Shown: one piece after another, positions 50,403-59,721 of the stretch
Layout of the letters: each line of letters starts with the position of its first letter
Position numbering within the stretch: position 1 is the stretch's first letter
Source: Candidatus Bathyarchaeia archaeon
Lineage (GTDB): Archaea > Thermoproteota > Bathyarchaeia > Bathyarchaeales > Bathycorpusculaceae
Assembly: GCA_049515895.1 (NCBI GenBank)
Contig: JBEKTQ010000011.1
Span: forward strand, 1 to 64,000
Length of the DNA stretch: 64,000 bases
Direction: 5' to 3'
Position numbers and translations under genes: made by a program
Notes under the pieces: generated by a model
What the model saw: the letters and a program-made list of their open reading frames with translations, nothing else
What the model was told of the DNA's origin: nothing
The model's database searches: none

Positions 50403-51158
50403 ATGTTCAAGCTTAAAGTGTCCGATGCTAAACTCCTAAGAGACATGGCTACAGCCATCTCAATCCTAGTTGACGAAGCGACCTTCAAAATCGATCCTGA
50501 AGGCATTAAACTTCGAGCCATGGATCCCTCTCGGGTAGCCATGATTGATTTTGAATGGCCAAAATCCATCTTTCAAGAATACACATCCACAGAACCAGCT
50601 AAAATATGCCTTAACATCAGCGAACTACTTAAACTTCTCAAACGCGCAGGAAAAGACGAGGCTGTGGAATTATCTCTCGACGACAAAACTGGACGGTTGC
50701 TGGTAACGATAACTGGTAAGTACAACAGAAACTTCACCATGCCAACCTTAGAAGCCTCAGAGGAAGAAGTGCCGACTCCAAAAATAACCTTCAATGTCAA
50801 AGCTAAAACCACAACACAAGGCTTAAGCCAAGCAATCGAAGACGCGCAGTTGGTAAGCGACCACGTTCGCATCGAAGCGGAACCCGAAAAGCTAACACTA
50901 AGCGCTTCAGGCGACCTAATGGGTGCAACCATAACTTTGCAGAAAGGCACAGATGCGCTGCTTGATTTGGAAGTTAAGGAAAACGCGAAAGCGACTTTCA
51001 GCTTAAGTTACCTGTCCGAAATCATAAAGGCCGCTTCAGCAACGTCGGAGATTGCAACGCTTGAATTCTCAACCGACATGCCAGTGAAAATAGACTTTCA
51101 GCAAACAAAAGAGGGAAAACTGACTTTCTTCTTAGCGCCAAGAATAGAAACCGAATAA
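50403..51158 (+). CDS. pcn: PCNA sliding clamp
   Basis: AMDPSRVAM and FFLAPRIE. Confidence 0.98.
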   Translation: MFKLKVSDAKLLRDMATAISILVDEATFKIDPEGIKLRAMDPSRVAMIDFEWPKSIFQEYTSTEPAKICLNISELLKLLKRAGKDEAVELSLDDKTGRLLVTITGKYNRNFTMPTLEASEEEVPTPKITFNVKAKTTTQGLSQAIEDAQLVSDHVRIEAEPEKLTLSASGDLMGATITLQKGTDALLDLEVKENAKATFSLSYLSEIIKAASATSEIATLEFSTDMPVKIDFQQTKEGKLTFFLAPRIETE

Positions 51159-51159
51159 C

Positions 51160-52206
51160 GTGACTGTATTGCAAGTTGAATCGGCGGGATTCACCAAGAG
51201 CGATTTGGCGAAATATCCTTTTTTAAAAGAAACCGCCGAGTACATTAAACCTTTAGGCTTGCAAATAGACGATCTGGCAAGCATGGGCACCGAGCTTGTA
51301 AAGCGTGCGGAAGAAAGAGTTAACGAAGCGTTAATTGACCGACGCATTACCCGAAACACAAAAAGAATGGAAATCGAAATCCCTTCCTTCCCGCTTGCGC
51401 TGCTGATTGTTATAGCAACCGAAAACACATTTATTAAAAAAAGGTACGCGTTGGCAGAGGCTAAGCAGGCATCCAGCGATTTGATTCTGGAGCAAAAAGA
51501 AAAAATCCTCAAAGTAGCTCGCGATTTTGATTGGAAAATAAAGTTCGCTAAGGAAAGCGCTGACTCACCTCTAGATTTTTTCATCAGTTTTGCAGATTAC
51601 TTAAGAAACTCAGCGCACCTGCATGATAAAAAGTGGAAATTAATCAACAGCATACTGTCCCATGGTAACGTTTACCTAAACAAAAGAGACGTCGTTAGGC
51701 TCCTGGAAGAAGAAATCCGCAGACGTATTGAGAAAAGATTGGACGTTAAACTGCAAAAGTGCCCAGAAGAACTGGGGATAATAGCTGAACGAGTGAAAAA
51801 ACTTGCTTCTGAAGTTATTGGAACGATGGAGACCGAAGAATTACCGAAAGTTGTTGTTCAATCGGCTTATCCACCCTGCGTTATGGTTCTGATGGAAACT
51901 GCCAAGTCGAATCATCACCTATCGCATATTGAACGGTTTACGTTAACCTCCTTCCTGGTTAACATCGGGCTGTCGTCTGAAAATGTGAATGAATTATTCA
52001 AAACCTTCTCGGATTACAATGAAAGGTTAACTCGCTACCAAATCGAACATATCGCGGGTGAAAGAGGTTCGGCAACACGTTACATTCCCCCTCAATGCTC
52101 CCTCCTGCAAACGCACGGAGTATGCAAAAACAGGGATGATTTGTGCCGCCGTATCTATCATCCGCTAAGGTATTATAAACTCAAGCAAAAGCTTGCTTTA
52201 CAATAA
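51160..52206 (+). CDS. priL: DNA primase large subunit
   Basis: AKYPF, YPPC, RYQIEHIAG and Fe-S Cys cluster with HPL. Confidence 0.95.
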   Translation: MTVLQVESAGFTKSDLAKYPFLKETAEYIKPLGLQIDDLASMGTELVKRAEERVNEALIDRRITRNTKRMEIEIPSFPLALLIVIATENTFIKKRYALAEAKQASSDLILEQKEKILKVARDFDWKIKFAKESADSPLDFFISFADYLRNSAHLHDKKWKLINSILSHGNVYLNKRDVVRLLEEEIRRRIEKRLDVKLQKCPEELGIIAERVKKLASEVIGTMETEELPKVVVQSAYPPCVMVLMETAKSNHHLSHIERFTLTSFLVNIGLSSENVNELFKTFSDYNERLTRYQIEHIAGERGSATRYIPPQCSLLQTHGVCKNRDDLCRRIYHPLRYYKLKQKLALQ

Positions 52207-52254
52207 TTGCTCAAGATTTATATGTTCACTTTAACTAAAGTGAGGTAGAGTCAT

Positions 52255-52998
52255 ATGCGTTATCAGTTAATTGGAGATGAGGTGCAGGACGCAGAAATCG
52301 GGGTAATCCTACCTACTTTTAGAGAAGCCGAAAATATTTCCAAATTAATTGATGACATCGAGAGCTTAAAGCTAAAAAGCACTATCCTCGTGATTGACGA
52401 CTCAAGCCCCGATAAAACAGCGGAAATCGTACAGGAGAAACAATGCAAATATAGCAACATCCTGCTTTGTCTTCGACCTAAAAAAAGCGGGTTAGGAACC
52501 GCAATAACCGATGGCTTTAAGTTCTTCTTGAACTCAAAGTCGTCTCCAAAATACATATTTACGATGGATGCTGACTACTCGCATAACCCCAAAGACATAC
52601 CGCAACTTCTGTCTACAATGATCGAAACTGAATGCGGAATAGTTATCGGCAGCAGGTACATCAAAGGCGGACATATTACAAATTGGCCTTTCACTAGAAA
52701 AATAATTAGCCGCGCTGCCAATTTCATAGCCAAGTTTTCACTCGGATTAAAACCCCACGATTGCACGAGCGGCTTCCGTTGTTACTCCGCAAAGTTTCTA
52801 AGCGCAACTATCAGCAACTTGCACAGCCACACTTACGAGATTCAAATAGAAACCATAAGGCAGGCTCATTTGAGGAAGTTCGACGTCAAGGAAAATCCAA
52901 TTTTATTCGTTAACCGAAAAAGCGGAAAATCCAAGTTAAGTTGGACTGAAATCCACAGCTATATTACTTACACTTTAAAGGCAATTTCACGTTCCTAA
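52255..52998 (+). CDS. Polyprenol/dolichol-phosphate mannose synthase-like GT2
   Basis: IDDSSPDKT, GLG, MDADYSH and DCTSGFRCY. Confidence 0.92.
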   Translation: MRYQLIGDEVQDAEIGVILPTFREAENISKLIDDIESLKLKSTILVIDDSSPDKTAEIVQEKQCKYSNILLCLRPKKSGLGTAITDGFKFFLNSKSSPKYIFTMDADYSHNPKDIPQLLSTMIETECGIVIGSRYIKGGHITNWPFTRKIISRAANFIAKFSLGLKPHDCTSGFRCYSAKFLSATISNLHSHTYEIQIETIRQAHLRKFDVKENPILFVNRKSGKSKLSWTEIHSYITYTLKAISRS

Positions 52999-53049
52999 GC
53001 TTTTCCTAAGTCAGATAGTGACCTTTTTTGTGTTAAGGTATATTACTAC

Positions 53050-54753
53050 ATGTTTGTAGCTCTAAATCATAGGCGAACATGCTTGGCTAAGCGCTCCAGC
53101 ACTTGGATTCTTCTTTTTTCAGCCATGCTTTTCATAGCGCTGAGCATAACCCTTGCTACAATTAGCCTATACCCAATTCCAATTAAAGGCAGCGTCCAAA
53201 CCCATGTCTTAATCAACGATACTTTCCAGTTGTCTCCCAACGAAACCTACAGGCAAGGTCTGGGTTCTTTTTACGGCGGCGAAAATATTACTATTAAAGT
53301 GCAGTCGTCCCCCTCATTCCAGAAAAACTTTTCACTCATGCTTCCCTTGTCAAATGACATTCTTTTAATTAAGACTGGCACGTCTTATAATTCCACCCAG
53401 CCAAACTTAACGTACTCATTCCTCGCAAGCCCTGACTATTACGATGCCGTTTTTACTTCTGCTTCGTCAAACTCTGGAACAATACATTTACAAGTGTTTG
53501 AGCAAAAACCAAAAACTTTCTACCAGAATTCGTGGCTAACTGAGCCCTCAGAAATATTGTTCATAGTAAGCTTGGTAGTAGCAATCCTGTTATTGTTAAA
53601 AATGGTTTTGTACAGCCTCCCGGTGCCTAACCATATTCCGTCAATAAGCAAGAAAGCCCGAAAATGGCTCTTAGCGCTACTCTTGTTCGGGTTGGTAGTT
53701 TGGCTTTTTATTCTTGCAATTAATTCAGGCCCTCTTGCAACTTTTGAAAACTGGTACACTGATAACGCTCGAGATTCTTATTCTTCTATTCTGTTTCTTA
53801 AAGATGGGTTTTCAGTTTTCAGTCAACCCTTAGGTAAACTTGCAAGCCTCGACAACTCAAACTACAAGTATGTAACGTGGCCACAAATGCCCCACCTATA
53901 CCCGCTAGGTAGCGTTCTGTTGTTCTTACCTTTCGGTGTACTTATCCAAAACGGCTTTAATTCAACCGTTTTATTTAAAATTGAAATAGCCTTGTTCTTG
54001 GTAGTTGCTACAGCGTGTGTTTATTTTTTCCTGAAGGTTTTCGTGAAGAAAGACATGACTTTGATTCTAAAGCTTCTTGGCGTTTACATCATATATGTAA
54101 CATTGGTAGCTTACGCAGCCGACGGTATGTTTGAATCAGTCGCTTTCCTTTTCGCCCTGTTCGCCGTATACATGTTCATAACTGAACGCTATGACTACTT
54201 TTTCTTACTTGTAACAATTTCAACGTTTTTCAAATATGAGGCAGCCATTTTTCTTTTTCCTCTAATCATTGTCGGCTTGATAAGACTTGTTCAGAAAAAC
54301 AACTTACGGCGCCTGTTGAAGAATAAAGCCATCGTAGCCGGCCTGATTCTTGGATTAGTAAGCATATTCACTGCTTACTTGAGTGCTCCTTACCTCCTGT
54401 CGGGAAACTCGCAATTGATTATGAATGGCATAAACGCTTTTTCATCTAACACTCATATCGCTTGGGTTAACCAGTCTTTCTTTGTTCTCCTAACGCTTGG
54501 AGCAACCATAAGCTACGCCGTCTACATGCTCAACAAAAACAGCCTTCTTTCTTTATCAGCGCTTTTTCTGCTTCTGCCAAGCTTCTTGATGCCTTACATC
54601 CAAAACTGGTATTTCCCCTTCATTTTTGTGTATGCGCTTATTCCCCAACAGAAAAAAGAGCTCAACGTAACCGTGTTCTGGCTGGGCTTCATGATTACTA
54701 TACTGGCGTATTCAGGAACCAATTTCCAGCTGCTCATCCAGTACTTCCACTAA
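53050..54753 (+). CDS. Multi-pass membrane protein, probable GT-C-fold glycosyltransferase with an extracellular N-terminal domain
   Basis: More than 10 TMs; loop WYTD...YPLG resembles GT87-type enzymes; adjacent to a DPM synthase. Confidence 0.6.
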   Translation: MFVALNHRRTCLAKRSSTWILLFSAMLFIALSITLATISLYPIPIKGSVQTHVLINDTFQLSPNETYRQGLGSFYGGENITIKVQSSPSFQKNFSLMLPLSNDILLIKTGTSYNSTQPNLTYSFLASPDYYDAVFTSASSNSGTIHLQVFEQKPKTFYQNSWLTEPSEILFIVSLVVAILLLLKMVLYSLPVPNHIPSISKKARKWLLALLLFGLVVWLFILAINSGPLATFENWYTDNARDSYSSILFLKDGFSVFSQPLGKLASLDNSNYKYVTWPQMPHLYPLGSVLLFLPFGVLIQNGFNSTVLFKIEIALFLVVATACVYFFLKVFVKKDMTLILKLLGVYIIYVTLVAYAADGMFESVAFLFALFAVYMFITERYDYFFLLVTISTFFKYEAAIFLFPLIIVGLIRLVQKNNLRRLLKNKAIVAGLILGLVSIFTAYLSAPYLLSGNSQLIMNGINAFSSNTHIAWVNQSFFVLLTLGATISYAVYMLNKNSLLSLSALFLLLPSFLMPYIQNWYFPFIFVYALIPQQKKELNVTVFWLGFMITILAYSGTNFQLLIQYFH

Positions 54754-54907
54754 ATCTTCCTAGGCAACGCTGCTAACCCCTTTTGGTTAGATGATGCATC
54801 AACCGTTGGTGCAACATGCAAATCAGCTCCTCTTCAGCGTACACAAATAAATTCATGCACATAATCAATATATCAACAGTTGTTGAGGTGGGGACTTGGA
54901 GGCTTCT

Positions 54908-56125
54908 ATGGATTTCGTTTTCCAAAAATTCTGCGAGTATTACAGAGACCCCTCCAACGTAATTCCCGCCCCGATTTTTGCTGAGCAGAGAGAATTCGGC
55001 TACCTGACGTTTAAAGAGCGGTTCATGGTCAGGCACAAACGATTCAGTGGCATAGCCAGCTTAAGGTCCGCTCTCATCCAAACAGTTCCATCCAACGTTT
55101 ACCATTCTTGTGCTTACTACGAAAACCCAAATTTTGACATGGACAAAAAAGGCTGGTTAGGAGCCGACCTGGTCTTCGACATAGACGCCGACCACATCCC
55201 GAGCCCCTGCAATAAAATTCACGATGAATTCATCTGCGCCAAATGCGGTTTCAGCGGCCGAGGCATAACCCCGGAAGTTTGCCCTGCCTGCGAAGGAACG
55301 AAATTCGCCACCAAAACGTGGCCCTGCGAACTCTGCATACAATCCGCCAGAGAAGAAACAGCCAAACTGGTCGACATGCTGAGCAATGATTTTGGTTTTT
55401 CCCTTGATGAGTTGCATGTGTTTTTTTCTGGGCACAGAGGATATCATGTGCATGTTGAAGATGAAGCTGTACGCTCGCTGGATGCTATGGCAAGAAAGGA
55501 AATAGTAGATTACGTCACAGGATTGGGCTTAGCCGCGCTTGATAAGGAATCACAAGAGAAGCGGGGAAGACGAAAGCAGAGCGCCAAAAAATTTAATTTG
55601 CATAATTTCGGCTGGAATAAGCGCCTTAAAACTGGCATGGAAAATTTTCTTCTAACTGCAACCAAAGACGACCTTAAAAACGCAGGCTTAAGGAATCCTG
55701 CTCTTTTGAAAAATAAAGACGCGATTATCAAACGGGCTATTACTGATGGTCGATGGGAAAGCATAAACGACGTTAGCATTCAGACTTGGCTCAAACTCGC
55801 CGCGTACGTGAAGGATTTGCAGTCGTCGAAGATCGACACCGTTGTCACCACGGATGTTCACCGTTTAATCAGGATGGCCGGTACCTTGCATGGGAAAACG
55901 GGATTAAAGAAAGTAGAGTTTCCAGCAAAAAACTTGCAGGATTTTGACCCGTTTTCTGGAGCGGTAGCTTTTAAAAAGGGGAACGTAAAAGTGTTGGTCT
56001 CTGATGCGCCAGAGTTCAAGATGGGCGGGCAAACGTTTGGTCCATACAGAAACGAGACCAAAGAGTTACCTGTTGCCGCGGCGGTCATGCTTATCTGCAA
56101 GGGACGGGCTAAGGTGGCAGACTAA
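54908..56125 (+). CDS. priS: DNA primase small (catalytic) subunit
   Basis: REFG, DLVFDIDAD, FSGHRGYH and D...RLIR...LHGKTG. Confidence 0.97.
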   Translation: MDFVFQKFCEYYRDPSNVIPAPIFAEQREFGYLTFKERFMVRHKRFSGIASLRSALIQTVPSNVYHSCAYYENPNFDMDKKGWLGADLVFDIDADHIPSPCNKIHDEFICAKCGFSGRGITPEVCPACEGTKFATKTWPCELCIQSAREETAKLVDMLSNDFGFSLDELHVFFSGHRGYHVHVEDEAVRSLDAMARKEIVDYVTGLGLAALDKESQEKRGRRKQSAKKFNLHNFGWNKRLKTGMENFLLTATKDDLKNAGLRNPALLKNKDAIIKRAITDGRWESINDVSIQTWLKLAAYVKDLQSSKIDTVVTTDVHRLIRMAGTLHGKTGLKKVEFPAKNLQDFDPFSGAVAFKKGNVKVLVSDAPEFKMGGQTFGPYRNETKELPVAAAVMLICKGRAKVAD

Positions 56126-56709
56126 TGTATAATGAACTTTACATGGCATGGCTAAGAGAAGTGGACGAGGATTCGCTCGGGGGCTTACCGCGTGATTTTT
56201 ACGTCAAAATAGCCGATTACCTAAAACGCATAAGGGAAGAAAACAGGCTGCCTGACAAAAAATCTGTAAAGGTAAGCTTGCTTGACCATGAAGCCAATAA
56301 CGTGGCACTCATGCTCGAAGAGTTGCTTTGGGCAAGATACAAAAAACTGTTGAAGAAAATCAGCCAAAACCAAACCTTGCCGTCTGAACTGCTAACGGTT
56401 GAAGAGGCGAAGATGTGTGAAAGCTTTGCAGCTTTCGCGGGTGCATACCAGAAGTTTACAAAGGACTTACTGCAAGGCCAAATAAGCCAAAGTGGTAGCC
56501 AAGCGCTTCGCCAAACCGAGACTAAAGCGGAAGTTGAAGTTAGTCATAAACGGGTGACGTTAAGGTTCATAAAGAATATTCCAGCGATTATGGGCGCCGA
56601 CATGAAATCTTATGGTCCTTTTCTGGTCGAGGACGTTGCTTCCGTGCCGGCTGAGAATGCCACCATTTTGGTTAAACAGGGTTTGGCGGTGTTGGTTGAG
56701 GTTTCTTAA
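56125..56709 (+). CDS. gins15: GINS15 (Gins51) subunit
   Basis: LPRDFY A-domain and C-terminal B-domain IMGADMKSYGPF...VPAENA; follows priS. Confidence 0.88.
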   Translation: MYNELYMAWLREVDEDSLGGLPRDFYVKIADYLKRIREENRLPDKKSVKVSLLDHEANNVALMLEELLWARYKKLLKKISQNQTLPSELLTVEEAKMCESFAAFAGAYQKFTKDLLQGQISQSGSQALRQTETKAEVEVSHKRVTLRFIKNIPAIMGADMKSYGPFLVEDVASVPAENATILVKQGLAVLVEVS

Positions 56710-57730
56710 GGGCTTTATCGGATTTTCCAATTTTTAGTTTTCGCCACAGACCTTGGGTAGCGAAAATGATTAGTGGATAACACATTATCCAAATTATCGA
56801 GTAGAGGGGGCCATAATAAAAGTGGAAATCTTGCACTTGTGTTGAGTTTACCCCATACTGCATGCCGATGTTGAAGATGGTGACTATCCTGAGCACGTTT
56901 ATGAAGTAGGTGACGACTACCCCAGTCGCAAAGTATCCTGCTTTAGCCTTCCAAGAGATGTGTATCTGCTGGAGAAACACTAAAACCACTGCCGTGAAAA
57001 TTAGGAAACTTTCGATGCCAGCGCAGGGCCAAGCAATTGAGAATTTAGCCGTTCCTAAGGGTCCCGTGGCTTGCAGGGTTGGCATCCCATTTACTGTCTT
57101 TAGGGAAGTGATGCATCCCATCCAGTTCAGTGTTTTAGCGGCAAGTATAGCGGTGGTCGGGACTAATATTTGAAATGGGGTAAATGCTCCGTAAGGAAAA
57201 ACGTTGTCGATGGTGTATATGACTCCAACTAACCCTGCAAATATTCCTGGCAAGGCTAGGCCAGCCAGACCTTTTTTGCCGAAATAGAATAACGCGATAA
57301 AACAGAAGAGAACTGAAAAAACGAGGTACTCAAGCGACAGCGGCATGGAATCGTAGAAGGCAACTCCTGCCTGCTGAGACCATTTTGCTATGGCACCGTT
57401 TAGTCCAAGATAATACTCAGAAATCACGTAAATTGTGGGAAGCAGCAACGCCACACTGAAAGCGACAAGCTTCGTAACACTTTGTTTATTCATTTTTGGT
57501 TTGAAGGTATCCCAGCTAAGGATAAATTCAAGTGCCACGAGCCAAATGAAGAATAGCTGGAAGGTTCTGCCCTTCCACATTAACTGAAAGGACGACTGAG
57601 CATTAACCTGAAGGTAAGGGTCAGAGGGGTTCAATATGAATAGCAAAGCCATTGGCACAGCAAATGCTATGAGTGGCAACAGCTTAGCAATGGCATCCGT
57701 GTGCTCACTTATTTTTGAAAAAACTTGCAT
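56672..57730 (-). CDS. Archaeosortase (thaumarchaeosortase-like)
   Basis: Multi-TM; catalytic IAWPCAGIES, NVLRI and FH; WKGR motif. Confidence 0.88.
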   Translation of the reverse strand: MQVFSKISEHTDAIAKLLPLIAFAVPMALLFILNPSDPYLQVNAQSSFQLMWKGRTFQLFFIWLVALEFILSWDTFKPKMNKQSVTKLVAFSVALLLPTIYVISEYYLGLNGAIAKWSQQAGVAFYDSMPLSLEYLVFSVLFCFIALFYFGKKGLAGLALPGIFAGLVGVIYTIDNVFPYGAFTPFQILVPTTAILAAKTLNWMGCITSLKTVNGMPTLQATGPLGTAKFSIAWPCAGIESFLIFTAVVLVFLQQIHISWKAKAGYFATGVVVTYFINVLRIVTIFNIGMQYGVNSTQVQDFHFYYGPLYSIIWIMCYPLIIFATQGLWRKLKIGKSDKALKKPQPTPPNPV

Positions 57731-57940
57731 TGCCGCATTACTCGCATGTACATAACCTTAAAATTGGGTTAGGTTTAAAAAGAATGTGCCTTTTCATAAA
57801 ACACCTGCATATCAAGCGATTGATGCAGAAAAACCAATCGGCCAGCAATGGTCCAATTCGGCTACGCTTTATTGCGGCGGAAAGGTGAAAAAGTATAAGA
57901 ATGCGGATGTTCCTTCTATGCAAAGCTGGTAGTGAATAAC

Positions 57941-58216
57941 GTGAATGTTCCTAAAGAGGTTAAAACCTACTGTCCAAAATGTAAAGTGCACCAAATTCAC
58001 ACCGTAACGCTTTACAAGCCAGGGAAGCGAAGAGCCCTAGCCAAGGGTGAACGCCACCATGAAAGAGAAAAGGAGGGTTATGGCGGACAAAAATATCCGT
58101 TGCAAAGGGAATTCGCGAAAACAACAAAAAAACAAACCCTGCGCCTTAAATGCAAGGTTTGCAATTACATGAGGCATAAAGACGGTATCCGTCTCAGAAA
58201 ATTAAATATACAATAA
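57941..58216 (+). CDS. rpl44e: 50S ribosomal protein L44e (eL42)
   Basis: TYCPKC, GYGGQ and AKTTKK. Confidence 0.97.
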   Translation: MNVPKEVKTYCPKCKVHQIHTVTLYKPGKRRALAKGERHHEREKEGYGGQKYPLQREFAKTTKKQTLRLKCKVCNYMRHKDGIRLRKLNIQ

Positions 58217-58233
58217 TTATGGAGAGAAAAGAT

Positions 58234-58431
58234 ATGACTGAATGGAGTAAACTTATTCCGAAACCGCGAAGCATCTTCCTCAGAGTTAAATGCTCAAAAT
58301 GCGGCAATGAACAACTAGTCTTTAGCAATGCTGTTAACAAAGTAAACTGCAACGTGTGCGGAGTAACACTTGCTGAGCCAACTGGGGGAAGAGCAAAGAT
58401 TAATGGTGATGTGCAAGCCATTCTCGAATAG
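58234..58431 (+). CDS. rps27e: 30S ribosomal protein S27e
   Basis: [14 protein letters not shown]...C..CG...PTGG. Confidence 0.97.
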   Translation: MTEWSKLIPKPRSIFLRVKCSKCGNEQLVFSNAVNKVNCNVCGVTLAEPTGGRAKINGDVQAILE

Positions 58432-58445
58432 GGATGGCGAAATGA

Positions 58446-58637
58446 ATGGCTGAGCGTAAGCCCGAGTGGCCTGAAGCCGGCGACTTGGTTATTGTCACGG
58501 TAGAATCCGTCACCGATTATGGCGCTTACGTTAAATTTGACGAATTCGACAAACGTTGGTTGCTTCACACATCCCAAGACACTGTGACAACCGTCTCAAA
58601 AGCAGGCGGAGAAAGCACTTTCAGAAGGGAAAAATAA
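58446..58637 (+). pseudogene. eif2a: aIF2-alpha remnant: about 43 N-terminal aa fused in frame to about 20 C-terminal aa
   Basis: PEAGDLVIVTV...DYGAYVKFDEF (start of the S1 domain), then KAGG...FRREK*; occupies the canonical slot between rps27e and nop10. Confidence 0.85.
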
Positions 58638-58805
58638 TTGGTGTGGCAACTCCGCAAATGCGTAAACTGCAGCAAGTACACTCTGAAAAAAGATAGTTGC
58701 CCTTACTGCGGCGGACCCGTTAGGATTCCGCATCCAGCAAAGTTTTCCCCAGATGATAAATATCTTAAATACCGTATGGCAATGAAAAGGAGTTGTGCAG
58801 AATGA
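58638..58805 (+). CDS. nop10: H/ACA RNP protein Nop10 (55 aa; absent from ORF track)
   Basis: LRKCVNCSKYTLKKDSCPYCGG...PHPAKFSPDDKY; ATGA overlap with the next gene. Confidence 0.95.
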   Translation: MVWQLRKCVNCSKYTLKKDSCPYCGGPVRIPHPAKFSPDDKYLKYRMAMKRSCAE

Positions 58806-59572
58806 AAGAAACATACCTTAAACAGTTCGCTGAAATCCAGCCCAACAACCCGATTCTAATCGAAGGTCTCCCAGGATTGGGGCTTGTGGGCAAAATCGCA
58901 CTCCGCTACATGGTTAAACAATTGAAACCCAAAAAAGTAGCATATCTTTACTCGCCGCATTTTCCATACTTCGTCTTAGTCAACAAGAAGGGAAACGTTC
59001 GCCTCTTAAGGGGAGTATTTTACTATCATAAGAATCCAAATGGAAATGACTTGATTCTGTTCACAGGCGACAGCCAATCACAAACAATCGAAGGACAATA
59101 CGAAATCGCCGATCAAATTCTTGCCTTCTCAGAAAAGTACAACGTAAAAACAATCGCGACAATCGGCGGCTACCGAATGGAACCCACAGAAAAACCCAAA
59201 GTCTTTATCGCGGCAACATCTCAAGAAATCCTGGACAAAGCCCTACGCGCAGGCGCAACACTTAGCACTTCAGGAAGCCCCATCGTTGGAACAGCTGGAT
59301 TAATTCTTGGTCTAGCAAAATTCAAAAAAATAGGGGCTCTTTGCCTGCTCGGCGAAACGCGCGGTTACTTGCCTGACCCGCTCTCTGCAAAAAGCGTGCT
59401 TGAGGTCCTGAAGTCCACGTTTAACTTCGACTTAGACCTCGCGGGATTAGACGAGGAAATTGCTCGAGCTGAAACAATGGTGACTCGCCTCCAGCAGATC
59501 GAAGAGAAACGGGCTCTTGAAGCTGAACAAACCCGAAAAGAAGATGACAAAAAGACCACTTACATTTCTTAA
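58802..59572 (+). CDS. PAC2-family proteasome assembly chaperone
   Basis: IEGLPGLGLVGKIA, LYSPHFP and ETRGYLPDP; follows nop10. Confidence 0.93.
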   Translation: MKETYLKQFAEIQPNNPILIEGLPGLGLVGKIALRYMVKQLKPKKVAYLYSPHFPYFVLVNKKGNVRLLRGVFYYHKNPNGNDLILFTGDSQSQTIEGQYEIADQILAFSEKYNVKTIATIGGYRMEPTEKPKVFIAATSQEILDKALRAGATLSTSGSPIVGTAGLILGLAKFKKIGALCLLGETRGYLPDPLSAKSVLEVLKSTFNFDLDLAGLDEEIARAETMVTRLQQIEEKRALEAEQTRKEDDKKTTYIS

Positions 59573-59721
59573 GCCAAACTTTTCTTTATTACATCCACGA
59601 TTTTCTGTATGCTGTTTCGCGTCACGAAAGATGAAGCTTTGATAATGAGAGTCATCTGATTATTTCCGGCTTTATTCCTGTAATAATTAAGACTTGCTTC
59701 GTTGCTTGCTACGGTCCTTTT

